NCBI RefSeq assembly: GCF_009914755.1
Contig: NC_060925.1
DNA length: 64,000 bases
Origin: the human T2T-CHM13v2.0 reference genome, Homo sapiens
Direction: 5' to 3' (one strand)
Part shown: positions 1-20,519 of the stretch, in pieces
Numbering within the stretch: the first letter of the stretch is position 1
Layout: each line of letters opens with the position of its first letter
Position numbers and translations under genes: made by a program
The notes under the pieces: generated by a model
Told to the model about the DNA's origin: nothing
Databases searched by the model: none
What the model saw: only the letters and a program-made list of their open reading frames with translations

Positions 1-228
1 AATTCCTTCCCTTGTAATCCATTTCTGAAGTTCCCCTCTTGCCTTCCTAGAAATTTGATTTTCAAATTTTGTCTGTAGAGTTTTTGCTTGGAATTTTAAA
101 AGGGTAAGAGAACATCACCTAATTTTATAGATGATTAGATTGAGGTATAAAGATAATAAGCTTTGTTCAAGGTATATAGTTGCAAGGCTAGGCCTAGATC
201 TGAAACTGATTTTTTAGTTCCCATTTCA

Positions 229-648
<420 letters not shown>

Positions 649-1049
649 TTACTGAAAATTGTGAATTTTTTTTACTCCAAGTAAGGAATAAAACTTTTTT
701 TCTCAGAAAGTTTATCTATCTTAAATGTTAAATGTTTTTTCCCTTTGTGAACATACCACTGTGTCATCTGTAAATACATAATAATGTTGTAGCCCAAAGC
801 CACGGGTAAAATATTTTTGTCCGTATCCTCCTGAAGAGATCCTGGAACATATTTGTTTGTGAAAATACTATAGGTTAAAATGGTTGGGCTAAGGGAAAGT
901 TACAGAGGATTCAACATCTTGAATGAAAGTGATTTTCAAGACTTAAGAGACATTTACCAACTTGCTCCCAATTAACACACAAAAGAAAAAAATGGCCTGA
1001 CCACAGTTTGGCACTTTGATGACTAATTACTTTTTTTTGTTTTTTGTAG

Positions 1050-1217
<168 letters not shown>

Positions 1218-1390
1218 TGAGTCGACTTGTTATTTAACACCGTGCCTAACTTTGTTAATGCTTGTATCCTAGAATTATCTTTTGGTCTAGGTATCTGCTT
1301 GTAGGTGTGCTAGGCAGAAGTATTTCTGAGTTTAAGGAGTAGGTTTCAATTATTTTCTCTTCTCGTGTCATGTCAGAAATATATTAATCA

Positions 1391-1958
<568 letters not shown>

Positions 1959-3863
1959 TAGGCACAATAAACTCTCTTTATATTTTAGTAGCATGTTAAA
2001 AAAAATGAGCTACAATAGAAAACTTTTTTAAGGATTTAAACTTTCAGAGTTTAAATTGTAAGAAGCAAATAAAATTGCATGTGCCTCTGAGAGCTTGTAA
2101 TGTGACTTTTGGTCCAAGAAGTGCTCAGGCTTGTTTATACTTGTGTTGTGTCTCTAAAGGAGTTTAATTTGGAGCTGCTTGTGGTTCTCCCATGGAGCCA
2201 AATGCATTTCAGTTCTGCTCAGGTCCTAAGTAGCCTCAAAAAGTGGTCAACACAGTACCCTGGCTCCGGTCAAAGTAGTCACAGGGCTGTGGATTCCACT
2301 TCATGCAAGTGAGGAGGCCTGACCAGTTCACTTTGCTTTTGGTACATTCTGGAAAAATACCCCAGAGTGAACCTGGATGTGTGTGTGGGAGTGGGGGCAC
2401 AGATGATTCTCACTCTCAAATAGGCATCTCAGGAGAATCAGAGAATCTGTTATTTTGACCTATTCCTGAGCTACTATTAAATAGTTACACAAGCTCTCTG
2501 CATTAATTTTCTTTTCCAAATGACCATCTGTGAAGTGTAGCAGTTTCTGGGCTCTTCCCCAAGTCTGAATTCAGCTGCTAAATAGTAGACATTCCACTGC
2601 AAGTCTATTTCTGTAAGGGTTGAAAATACACTATTATGGAAAATGTCCAACTGTGGCTTTGTACCTTCCATTCCGTAATGTGCTTTCATTTATTCGGCAT
2701 ATTTATTAGGTATTGACTGTGTGCCTAGTACTGTGCTAGGTGCTAGAAATACTAAGATGAGTAAGACATGTTTCTTGTCCACGGGGATTTTATGTTTCAG
2801 TATGGGAGACAATACAGGCAAATATACAACTGACAAGTAGCCCAAGTCAGTACAGATAAAAGTGCAATGGGACACCAGAGGAGAGGCTTTTAGAGAAGAT
2901 TTCATAGCTGGATGGATAGAATGGCTCTACAAAAAAGAGAAAAGAATTTTCAGGGCAGAGAGAACAAGGGACACAAAGGGGAAAAAGCAAGTGGCATGTT
3001 TGTACAGTAGCAAATTTTCTTTGGCTGGAGGATATTAAAGGGGAACAAGCAGGTATGAGGCTGGAAAAATATGTTAAAGCAAGACCGTGTTTGTTAAATG
3101 TAAAATGCTGTTCCTAGGATAGAATAGATAGGACTTAACAGTTAATTGGATATGCATGTCAGAGGAGAGGGTGAAGTAAAAGATGGCTAAGATTTTGAGC
3201 CTAGATGATAAGGATAATAATCACTTAAAGAGAAAGTCAGAAGAGGGATGGGGATTTACAGCTTGTCAAGCCCTTTATATCACATGGTATCCTTAAGTAG
3301 TATGTTTAGAAGTTGTTGTTGTTACTCCGAAAGACCAAAGTTCAGAGGAGTTATTATGTGTCCAAGGTTATATAGTTAGTGAAGGGAAGACAAGAAGAGA
3401 CTGGTGGCACAATAGCATTTGCTGGGAATTTCCTATGTTCCATCACTATGCTAGGTACATAGATGCATTCATTCAACTAATGGTTTATTGAGACTTTGTT
3501 GTATTATGTGCTAGACACCAAGGATACAGTGGTGAGCAAGGTGGACAAAATTGCTGCTTTCTTGGAGTTTATATCCCAGTGGGAAAATAAATAATTACCC
3601 AAGTAATAATTTAATTTCAATTGTGTTTAGTACCATGAAAGAAAAATATAGGATTCTGTTAAAGCATGTTCCAGGTGGCTCTGACCTGGACCTTAAAGTC
3701 AAAGAAGATTTCTGTGCAGAAAAATGACATTTGACTGAAGCCTAAAGAAATTAGCCAGACATAGTGGGCAGTGGAAATCTTTATATGGATACTGTTAAGG
3801 ATTGTGTCTTTGCAGACATTATATTATTTAATTCTTGCAGCAGCCCATTAAAGAAGTTCAGTT

Positions 3864-4242
<379 letters not shown>

Positions 4243-4288
4243 CTAGAATCTAGTACTGTTTGTGCTATTTGAAACGTGTGAAGTTTGA

Positions 4289-4501
<213 letters not shown>

Positions 4502-7443
4502 GAGTCTCAGAAAAAGAACTCAACCAATTTGGCACCCCATGCAGCCTCAAAATGTTTCAAATGCCTACCGCCTCTAGATCGAGCCACGTTGACTTCAGGT
4601 GGTCTTCTACCAGCAGCTCGGAATAGTTGCACTGAATCTATACTTTGCAGCACTGTCTGATGCGTCAACAAAATTGAGCCATTTTTTTAAAGTAATAGAT
4701 ACTAATAGATTATCTTTTCTGATGCACTGGACTGAATTTTTACCTCAATGTGCAAAGGCTGATCAGCCTGAACTTTCTAAAGGACTTTACAAGAAGGGTT
4801 TCTATGGAATATTTTGCTAGCTGTGGTGTTCACCGCATCCCTCTAGTCTTAGAAGAGAAGATTATTCCTTTTTTCTGTAGTCATTGAGTGGGGTATATGC
4901 ATAAGTGGGAGAGAAAAACCAAACAATCTACTTCAGTTCAGTGTAACTATTTAATTGTGTGGGTCCATAGACTTTTTAATGAAGATTTCTGACTTTGCCA
5001 CTGTAAATGCCTTTAATGAGCATTAATTTTTGAAAGTTTTACAGAGTTTTATTAGTTTTACTACTTTATCTTATTGATCTCTGCAGACTTGTGCTGGTGC
5101 AAGTACATGCTGACAGGCAATTTGCACTATATTTGGCTGCAGATTCAAATAGGCAGTTCTCTTATTTGGTCGACTTTTGTGAATGTGTGACATAAACAGA
5201 TGTAATGCATGTCACAGTGACGGAGATAACACTGCCATGATAAAAGTACTCATGTTTCCCCTATTTGGAAAAAAAAATTGCTTTTAGTATTTTTCCAAGT
5301 TTTCAAAAGTGCCCATTTTATGCTGCTGTGTGGTTTGTTAAATCTAAATGATTTTTAAACTTTTCTCATAGAAACTTAACTTTGGCAATAAACATTTTTT
5401 AAGGTCTCTCCTCTTCCTTCCCCAACAATGTAGTTTTCTAGATGAGATTTCAGTATGATTTTATCAGCTATTTCTTATATATCATAATCTGGCAATTTCT
5501 GAAACCAGTCAGAAAAGACATATATTTCCATGCCTTTTTAAAGAATTATTTTTACCTGTTTTATATTCACAGTTGGTGTCCTGTCACTTTGTTTTAAAAT
5601 AAGCTAGAACCAGGATGCTTCCTTATTGGAAAGGCTTTGCCAGTCCTTAAGGTACAATGAGTGATGCTGCAACTTGCAAATGTACCAGCATTTAAAATTT
5701 CTTTTCCTGGGAATCAAGGTAACTCACACGACTACTTGCAGTACAAATTTTTTGCTTCTCTTTCGACATGAAATGTACTTGGTGGGTTTTCCTTCCTTTT
5801 ATTAAACTAAAACTGTGTGGAAAAGGTTGATTTTTCTTAATAGATTCTGGATTCCACTCACAGGGAGATGGGATTCCTTTCTTGTCCAAACAAAGGGAGT
5901 TGCTCTAAAGCGAGCATCAGTTAAAATGTAGGGGAAAATGTATTCTGTATGTAGTGTAGATAATACTTTGTGAATGGACAACAGTTACATAGTGTCTTGG
6001 TAGCACCAGCCAGTGTTTCCCAGCCCAGAGTTTACTGACTTGTAATTCTCTATCCAGGACATCAGGAGTGAGGGATGGAAAAGGGGATAAAAGGCCTGGA
6101 GCCACACTCTATATGGCTGAGGAAGGAGCTAGGGAAAGAGATAGACACAATGGGGTGAAAACAATTTTGCCGCCCCTGCCTGGAAACTGCTGGTGTGGAA
6201 ATGATGGTGAAGGGTGTTTGCTTGAACTCATGAGACGGTCCAAATCTCATAAACTAGCCTTCTCAAAATCCCAGCAATATAAAGCACTGTTTTTCTTCAG
6301 TCGTTTAAATAAACTTGTAAATACATTGAAGTTTACATTTCCATGTGCTGTTGATCAACGGCGCCACCTGTGTTTGCTGAGACTGGTCTCTGAGAGAGTT
6401 TTATGTCGATCGAGGCCTGTTGCTCATTAAGCTGAGTGCAGACGTCCTTAATCCCTGCAGATAGTGGGATGAAAGCAAGTTCTGTAAAATGAAGCACAAC
6501 ATAGCCAGGAGTGAAGAGATGGCAGATGTTAATTTCTTAAAATTTTCCTTTTTTTTTTTTTTTTTGCAAATACCTCACTTGGATAATACAAATCAGGACA
6601 TGTTGGTGAGGGGCTGGCTGCTTGGCTGCTGCTTTTATTCACACTTGTTCAGGGAGAGCACAGAGAATACCCTTCAGCATGGCCACTCTGGACCCAAGAG
6701 GAGGAAAAAACGGAAGCTTTTTTAGGAGAAGGAGGACTTGCTGGAATCCAAGATGTGAAGAACTCTTGGTGACTGGCTGGCTGGCCAGCGGGCACCACAC
6801 CTGCACTTGAGTGCCTCGGGCTTGCTTATTAATAACGCACAGAAGAAGCATCACTTCTCACCATCTCCTGGCATGTATGGAGCAGGGAGCAAGGCTATGT
6901 TCCCGAAAGCCCTGATTAGCTTGTCTTGCTCTACGCTCGACCTCGAACAATACAGCTTGTAAGACCTCAGTCAGTCCTGGTACACTGGGGTAAATCAGTG
7001 TGGTGGTGGAAGAAAAGCCGGGAGGCCTATTTTTATAGGAAAATAGTACCATTAAAGGTGCAATGCTGTCATTTTGGACAAAAGGAAAGAAATTTGGAAG
7101 AGCTGGGATTATTGGCAAAAACTTGCTGAGGGGTGAATCTTTAGAGCTAATCACTGCAGAATCAGAGTTGCAGCAATATGATTGCAAGCAAGTCTGAATG
7201 CATAGTTTTACTTTAATTCGGCTTGACAATTTGAATAGGTAACCCCCTCGGGACTGACTGAATCGTTATGCATGTGTCAATCAATGGGAGGTGTGCATTC
7301 TCTAGAAGTAGTTTTAGGCTGTTTGGTTTGGTTTTGGTTTTGTTTTTTAAATGCAGCCTGTTGAGGCACTGTCATGTGGTGTGAAAGATTTAAATGTAGC
7401 AACGCTAAAGAGTAATAATTTGGGGATAAGAAGTGGGGACATT

Positions 7444-7725
7444 GGCCGGGCGCGGTGGCTCACGCCTGTAATTCCAGCACTTTGGGAGGCCTAGGTGGGC
7501 GGATCAGCTGAGGTCGAGAGTTCGAGGCCAGTCTGACCAACATGGTGAAACCCCATCTCTACTAAAAATACAGAAAATTAGCTGGGTCTGGTGGTGGATG
7601 CCTGTAATCCCAGCTACTCGGGAGGCTGAGGCAGGAGAATTGCTTGAACCCAGGAGGTGGACGGTGCAGTGAGCTATTACTCCAGCCTGGGCAACAAGAG
7701 CGAAACTCTGTCTCAAAAAAAAAAA
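7444..7725 (+). mobile_element. AluS-like element inside the AGO4 3'UTR
   Basis: Alu consensus; ggggacatt repeated on both flanks. Confidence 0.9.
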
Positions 7726-8750
7726 GGGGGGGGGGACATTAAGAGAGTGGTGATGACCCAAATGTTGAACCAATTATGTTTTGGTGGTGGTGTTCTTAGC
7801 TGTTGAATCCTGAATGGTTTATAAAGTGAACTAGCTGGCTTAATGCAGCCAGCGTTCTGGGCAGCAGAACATATTCATTCTTACTGTAAATTCTATTTGC
7901 TGCTTCCAAAGGTGATGATTTTCAAGCAGACATGTTCTATATGGTCTGTGTTTTAGGATCTGGTGCCCAGCCTCTATCAGAGCTTGCCTACCTGGCAAAG
8001 CTGCCTACCCTTCAAGTGGGAAAATATAATCCACTGTTTAACAAGGCTCACCCTCTCCACCCTGTCCTAACGACCTTTTGTGAATGTGCTGTGATATTTT
8101 CTTGCTCAATAGCAAGGTGGTAGCTCTGCTTTCATTTTAAGAAAGTGGAGGCTGAGGGCATTGTATCAATACTGTTGCAACTCCAAGAAGTTTTCCTTGT
8201 AAAATTAAAGGAAAGATCTTGTTATTGATTAACCATTTTCTTATGCCTTGCTATTGACATATTCATGCTCTTTCTACGTCTAGTGGCTGAAAATGTTTGC
8301 ATTTGTTCATTTGACTAATGGTGTGATTTTTGTTTCTATATTATTAGACCTGTAATGTTTTAAAATGTATTTTATTAAATTTGGACTGGATGTATGTCTC
8401 TAGCAATACGAGGTACTTTCTAAACTATTAAGGGAGGGGTTGTATCCTCATGTTGAGATAAGATGATGGTCGTTTAAATTTTGCAATTTTTTTTGGCCTG
8501 CAGGGATATTTTGTGTTTATGTGTCCAAAAAAGGAATAAATTGGCATTCTTGTGCCAAAAGTTGTTTTTCCTGTCAATTGTCTAATAAGTATGCAGTACA
8601 CTGTAATGGCAACATACATGGTTGCTTTATAAAAACAGTTTCCTCAGTATGAGAAATTTTACAAAGAACAGTGGAAAAACTTTGTGTTTTTAACTCTTGG
8701 GTCTCCCTATTTTTAAAAATTGCTATTTGGTATACAATTATTATGTGTCA

Positions 8751-8767
8751 ATTAAAACTAAAATAAA
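8751..8767 (+). terminator. AGO4: Distal polyadenylation signals of AGO4 (ATTAAA 8751-8756, AATAAA 8762-8767); a further AATAAA at 8535-8540
   Basis: Hexamers at the end of the UTR-like block, preceded by U-rich/UGUA elements. Confidence 0.75.
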
Positions 8768-9311
8768 ACTTTTAAAAAAGAAATTTCTATTTGAGAATTT
8801 TAGAAGAGCTTTTCAGCAACACTTCACTTATGAAAACTTTTACAAAATTGATCAGAGTTCTGGATATGGCTCTTAATGGGAAGATCTATTTAAGCAATGC
8901 TTGAGAAGAATCTGCAGTCTCCAGAGGGCAGTGTGGCCACACACTTTATAAGACTTAACTTCTCCAGAGGAGAAGCTGCTCAAATTCATCCAACCTGGGG
9001 CTATCCAGTCTCATCTTTAGAAAAATTCTCACCAGCAAGTCCTTTTGCTAAGTCATGGCAGGGACAATTCCTTAGGGAATTTATAGTTTGCCAGAGGAGA
9101 AAGTTCTGCATATAACTCTACTAGAAGGCGGTTGTTTTTTCCATCTGTATACTATCTCCACCATATTTATCAGTTATCAAACATTTATCATGAACTGGGT
9201 ACATGCCATGTACTGCCTAGGTGCTGGGAACACAGAAGAGTAAAAAATTATTCAAAGAATTCATTCTAATTTGGCATGAGATGGAGGAAGAGGCAGCGAG
9301 ATTAACACTGA

Positions 9312-9970
<659 letters not shown>

Positions 9971-9971
9971 T

Positions 9972-10188
9972 CTGTCAGTCACTTTCTATTGATATCTTTA
10001 TCCCAGGAACAGAGTGTTGCTGGGCATTGTATCAATACTGCTTCAACTCCAAGAATTTTTCCTTGTAAAATTAAAGGAAAGATCTTGTTATTGATTAGTC
10101 ATTTTATAGTCAGAAACCATGGGGTAGTTGGAAAATAGAAAAAAACAGTGTTGCTGGGATAAAGATATCAATAAAAAGTGACTGATAG
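9972..10188. repeat. Inverted repeat (40-bp arms 9972-10011 / 10149-10188) enclosing an 84-bp duplicate (10022-10105) of AGO4 3'UTR 8156-8239
   Basis: Manual alignment: arms 37/40 complementary; copy 79/84 identical to the UTR. Confidence 0.9.
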
Positions 10189-10254
10189 GCTGGGTCAAAT
10201 GCTTTCCCTTACTCCTTCTTTGGGAGATAGGATCCCTCTTTATTATAGAAAATT

Positions 10255-11262
10255 TGTTGTTGTTATTATTATTATTATTGAGATGGAATCTCACTCTGTC
10301 ACCCAGGCTAGAGTGCAATGGCGAAATTTTGGCTCACTGCAACCTCCGCCTCCCCAGGTTCAAGCGATTCTCCTGTCTCAGCCTCCCAAGTGGCTGGGAT
10401 TACAGGTGTGTGCCACCACACCCAGCTAATTTTTGTATTTTTAGTAGAGACGGGGTTTCACCATGTTGGCCAGGCTGGTCTCCAACTCCTGACCTCAGGT
10501 GATCCACCCACCTCAGTCTCCCTATGTGCTGGGATTACAGGCATGAGCCACCGCACCCAGCCAGAACCCTCATTATTTCGTATGATTCACGTGTGTCCAA
10601 ATGGCCTTATTCCCACCTCACCCCCCACCACTTGTCTCATACTCATGTCCATCCCTGAATTTCTCGGGGATGTGTTACATCAGTCAGGAATGGCTTGTGG
10701 GCCCACTCCACCGTCCTAGGGGGACGGTGGCCAGTAAGTAGGGGAATGACAGACTGATCAGCACCATCACAAGGCGTGTGTCCGTTTTGTTTCTCTCTTT
10801 CTTTTTCTCTGTCTCTTGCCTCTGATTTCTTCTGTGTTGACTATTCTCCAGAAGCTAGTGGCAAGTCTTTTTTTTTTTTTTTTTTTTTTTTTTTGACAGG
10901 GTCTTGCTCTGTTGTCTAGGCTGAAGGTGCAGTGGTGCTATCATAGCTTACCGAACCTCAAACTCCTGGGCTCAAGCGATCCTCCTGCTTCAGTCTCCTG
11001 AGTAGCTGGGACTACAGGAGTGTGCCACCATTCCCAGCTAATTAAAAAAATAATAATTTGTAGAAATGTTGCTCAGGCTGACATTTTTTACGAGACAGGC
11101 GCTTTAACCAACTAAGCCATAGAGCCACCAGGCTGACATTTTTTAAAGAGATGAGATCATGCTATGTTGTCCAGGCTGGCCTCAAACTCCTGGCCTCAAA
11201 TGATCCCCCGTCCTCAGTTTCCCAAGTAGCTGGGATTATAGGGTGCGAGCCACCATGCCCAG
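10255..11262 (-). mobile_element. Antisense Alus (10255-10563; Alu monomer pieces 10868-11262)
   Basis: Reverse Alu consensus. Confidence 0.85.
11087..11126 (-). pseudogene. Tailless retrocopy of the 5' half of tRNA-Thr(CGT)
   Basis: Minus strand reads GGCTCTATGGCTTAGTTGGTTAAAGCGCCTGTCTCGTAAA: acceptor 5' strand, D arm, anticodon 5' stem and anticodon CGT. Flanked by a perfect 16-bp TSD CAGGCTGACATTTTTT (11074-11089, 11129-11144). Confidence 0.88.
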
Positions 11263-12161
11263 ACAGTGGCAAATCTTTAAGGAGAAGGACAAAATCAGGG
11301 GTAGGTGGGCTGGAAGAAAACTAGCAACTATATTACAAATTGAAGAAGGAAGAAAATAAATTTAGTTTAACAAACATTTCTGGAGTTTCTATGGCATGCT
11401 AGGAAACAAAAATGAAAGACAGAAGTTAAAAAAAAAAAGATCATGATATGTTTGAATTACAAGTAATCTTAGTAATTTTTGATTACAGGGGATGAGGGAG
11501 GAATTGGACCCAAGGTAGGCACCAAGTTCTGAAAGGACAGGACAGAAGTTAAATGGCATTTTACGGAGTTTAGAGTTTATCACATAGGTACAGGGGAATA
11601 ACAGACTCTAATCTGTGTTAATTTTGCCAGCAGTATTGTGAGTAGGTTGAAGCTGAAGTTCTGCTGAAGAGAAGTTCAAGTTTTATTGCAATAGCCAAGC
11701 AATAGATGATGAAGCTTGAATTTGAGCAATGATACTGCCGTTGAAAGAAGGAACGAACACGAGGTAGTCAGAAAATAGAAAAAGCAGAACTTGGTGACAA
11801 AATGGATACACAGAGTGAGGGAAGGAGGCAGACTCATTAGGAGGGCTCCCAGGTTTCTGGCTTGGGCAGCTGGGTAAAAAATAGTGCCACTGAGAGAATG
11901 AACAGAGGAGAAGCAGATTTTTAGGAAGGAGGAAGGTGGTAAGTTCAGTTTTGTACAAGCTGGAGATGAGAGCTGATGCCTATGGAATGGAGAAAGAAAT
12001 TGGAAGCCATAAATATATAGGTGGTAATTAAAACCATTCAAATGTGTGCCCAGAAAGATCATGCAGGCCAAGAAGAGATGAAAAACAGACAGTCCTAAGG
12101 GGACACAAATATTTAAAGGGTAGACAGAGGAGAGAGATGTCTAAAGGAAATAAAACATGGA

Positions 12162-12504
<343 letters not shown>

Positions 12505-13149
12505 TTAGAAATCAAGGGAAAAGAGCATTTCATCAAGTATGTACAGGATCGGCTATGTAGGAGTTAGCTGTGTGACACTGGGCAAGTTAACCTCTCTTAG
12601 CCTCAGTTTTCTTATTCGTAAAATGGAGATAGTACTAGTACTTACATCCAGGGTTGGAAGGATTAAATGCAATCATACATGTAAAGGCTTGGAAACACAT
12701 ACACATAAGCTACAAAGAAGGAAGTGGCTAACTATCCAATAGTGATCTAAAAAGACAAAATCTGAAAAGTTTCCATTGGAATTTGCAGCAAGGAAGTTAT
12801 AGGTGACCCTGGTGAAAGCAATGTCTGTGGCTGGAGAAGGAAGAAGGTTGACTATAGAGATCTGAAGAACCTATAGTACTATAGTTGGTAGGTTGGATAT
12901 AAAGGGAAAGAATGAATTCTGATATTAGCTGGGGTGGGAAATGGTTCGTTTTTCAGAATGGGAGAGATTGAGCACGTTTACACACTAGGGAAGGAGTCAG
13001 TAAAGCAGGAGGAATTGGAAATACTGGAAAGAGAAAAGACGCACAATAGAGGGCAAAGCTGAAGGAAGTTGGAGGGAATGAGATCTGATGTACAAGTGGA
13101 AAAAAACTAGAAGAGGAAAGTGCGAGAAGACTATTGCCTTTTCTAACTT

Positions 13150-14836
<1,687 letters not shown>

Positions 14837-15940
14837 TCTAGTTCCTTAATCTCTGAAGGACAATTTTGATAAGTAATATTGTTTGATGACTTTTTCTTTC
14901 AGCACTTTGAAGATGTTATTCTGTTGTCTTTCAGCTTCTATTGTCCTGTTGGAAATTTAACTATCAGCTCCTTTGAAGGTCATTTCCCTTTTTCCTATGG
15001 CTATTTTTAGTATCTTCTTCTTGTCTTTGATTTGCAACACTTTTACTATAATAGGCCTAAGTGTTTTTGTATTATCCTTCTGAGGACTTTGTCTCATTCA
15101 TCTTTGTGAAACCAACACACAGTGTCTGGCATATAGTAGGTGCTCTTTAATGTATGGTAAACAAAATCCAGAGGCTCCCACAGATACTTAAAGAAGCAAT
15201 GCTCGAATTTCTCTCTGCCCTAAACCTTGCTGTCCTGGTAATACTGTCTCATTTAACCCCGAACTCCAGGCCTTGTGATCTCTTTCCTTGCCCTGCCCCC
15301 TGGCCCCTGCACTTGGCATTTGGGCTTGGTTTCTCTTATGTTTAGTCTTCTTCCTCCAACTGCCTTCAGAGTCTCAGTGTCCCATGTGATATTAACCCTC
15401 CAACTCCAAGTGTGTGTCAGGGTGTGGGGCAGAGAATTCATACATTAATAATGAAGAGTTTTAAAATGTTTTGTTAAAAAAGATCCCAAATGCAATGACA
15501 ATTTATTTTACATATTACCTTTCAATACATAACATTTTATATAGTTGTAAAGTTAATACATTTAGGATTTTATATTCTGATATTTGCATTAACTGTCACA
15601 TAATGAGCAGTCATTGTTTTTCAAGACTGAAATCATGTGGTCATAATTTATTTGGCAAGTATTTACTGAACATCTATGTCCTGCCTGACACTGTTGTAGG
15701 CCCTGGGGCTACAAAGATAAATAATATATGGTTTTCTTCATGCTTTTGAGACTTACATGTTTAGTGGGAGAAAGAGGATGAGGAAGAGAAGGCTATGTCA
15801 ACAAAGGACACCAGCAAAGTGTTTTATATTGCACCACAGGAAAAGCAGGAAGGGACACATGGGAGGGAATGTCAGGAAGTTGTCATGAAGGCAGAAGGAC
15901 ATGACCTGAGTTTTGAAATACGAGTGGGTTTCACTAGTCA

Positions 15941-17530
<1,590 letters not shown>

Positions 17531-17830
17531 GAAAATAGCACCAAAAATGTAAAATACTTAGGGATAAGTTTGAAAAAAAAAAGATGTGCAAGATCTGTTC
17601 ATTGAAAACCAGAAAACATTACTGAGAGAACTGAAAGACAACCTATCCAAATGGAAAAATACACTATGTCCATGGATGAAAAGACTCAATATTGTTAAGG
17701 TGTTATTTGTCCCCAAATTGATTTGTAGATCTAACACAACCCTAATCAAAAGTCAGCTGGCTTTTTTTTTTTTTGTAGAAATGTATGGTTGATTCTAAAA
17801 TTTATATGGGAATGAAAAGGACCTACAATA

Positions 17831-17831
<1 letters not shown>

Positions 17832-17875
<44 letters not shown>
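17832..17875. repeat. (AC)22 microsatellite
   Basis: Direct read. Confidence 0.97.
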
Positions 17876-17877
<2 letters not shown>

Positions 17878-17921
17878 TAGAAAGAAAAACATAAAAACAT
17901 AGTTGGATAACTTATACTACC

Positions 17922-19074
<1,153 letters not shown>

Positions 19075-20111
19075 ACTATCTGATGTCAAGATTTATTATA
19101 TAGCCACAGTAATCAAGACAGTATGGTATTTGGCATAAAGAGACACGCGGAACAGAATAGAGAGTCCAGAAATAGGCCCAGACATACATAACCAGTTGAT
19201 TTTCAACACAAGTGCTAAGGCAATTTAATGGAGGCAATGCTTTCCACAAATGATGCTGGAACAATTGGATAGCCATGAGCAAAAAATTGAATGTTGATCT
19301 TTACCTTTCACCATACACAAAAATTTGCTGGAAATGGATTAGGGACTTGCTGGGCATGGTGGCTCACATCTGTAATCCCAGCGCTTTGGGAAGCCGATGC
19401 TTGAGACCAGGAGTTCAAGACCAGCCTGGGCAACATAGCAAGACTCCATCTGTACGGAAAAAAAAAAAAAAAAATTAGCCGGGAGTGGTGGTGTGATCCC
19501 AGCCACTCTGGAGGCTGAGGTGGGAGGATGGCTTGAGACTGGAAGGGCGAGGCTGCAAGCTGCAGTGAGCTATGATGGCACCACTGCACTCCACTCTAGC
19601 CTGGGTGACAGAGTGAGCCATTTCTCCAAAAAAAAAAAAAAAAAAGGAAATGTTTAAAAGACTTTTATAGACAAATGGTCATAGCAATTTCATTTGTAAT
19701 GGCACCAAGCTGAAAACAACCCCCCAAATGTCCATCAACATGTGAATGAATATACAAATTGTCATATATCCATACAATGGAGCACACTCAGCAGTAAAAT
19801 GGAACAAACTTTTTTTTTCTCCTTTCTTGTTGGGAAAAGTGATGGTCAGGTCCAGGGAGACGAACTATTGATTTACACAACAACATAGGTGAATCTCAAA
19901 ATACTTGTAGTGAGTGGAACAAGCCAGACCCCCTCTCCCCCAAATTATTCCAGTTATATAAAATACTATAAAATGAAAACTTATCTATGGCGACAGAAAA
20001 GAGATTAGCAGTTGCAGAGGGAAGGGCAGAGGGGGACGAGAGGCAGGAAACAAAGAGGCAGGATTAAAGTTTGGCGGGGAATGAATAGGGTCGTTATATT
20101 GATTGTTGTGA

Positions 20112-20351
<240 letters not shown>

Positions 20352-20519
20352 TAGAGACAGGGTTTCGCCATGTTGGTCAGGCTGGCCTCCAACTCCTGAC
20401 CTCAGGTGATCCACCTGCCTCCGCCTCCCAAAGTGTTGGGATTACAGGCGAGAGCCACTGCGCCCGGCCATGTGCAGTTTATCGAATGTCAGTTATGCCT
20501 TAATAGAAGTTGGGGCCTT

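Larger units (their letters stand above)
4502..8782 (+). other. AGO4: AGO4 3'UTR (~4.3 kb) with many miRNA seed matches and one sense Alu
   Basis: Repeat-poor, AU-rich sequence between the stop codon and the distal ATTAAA/AATAAA pair; 3' end approximate. Confidence 0.8.

Noticed and set aside
11087-11126. Functional tRNA-Thr gene
   Set aside because: Lacks the 3' half (T arm/B box and acceptor 3' strand); recorded as a retrocopy.
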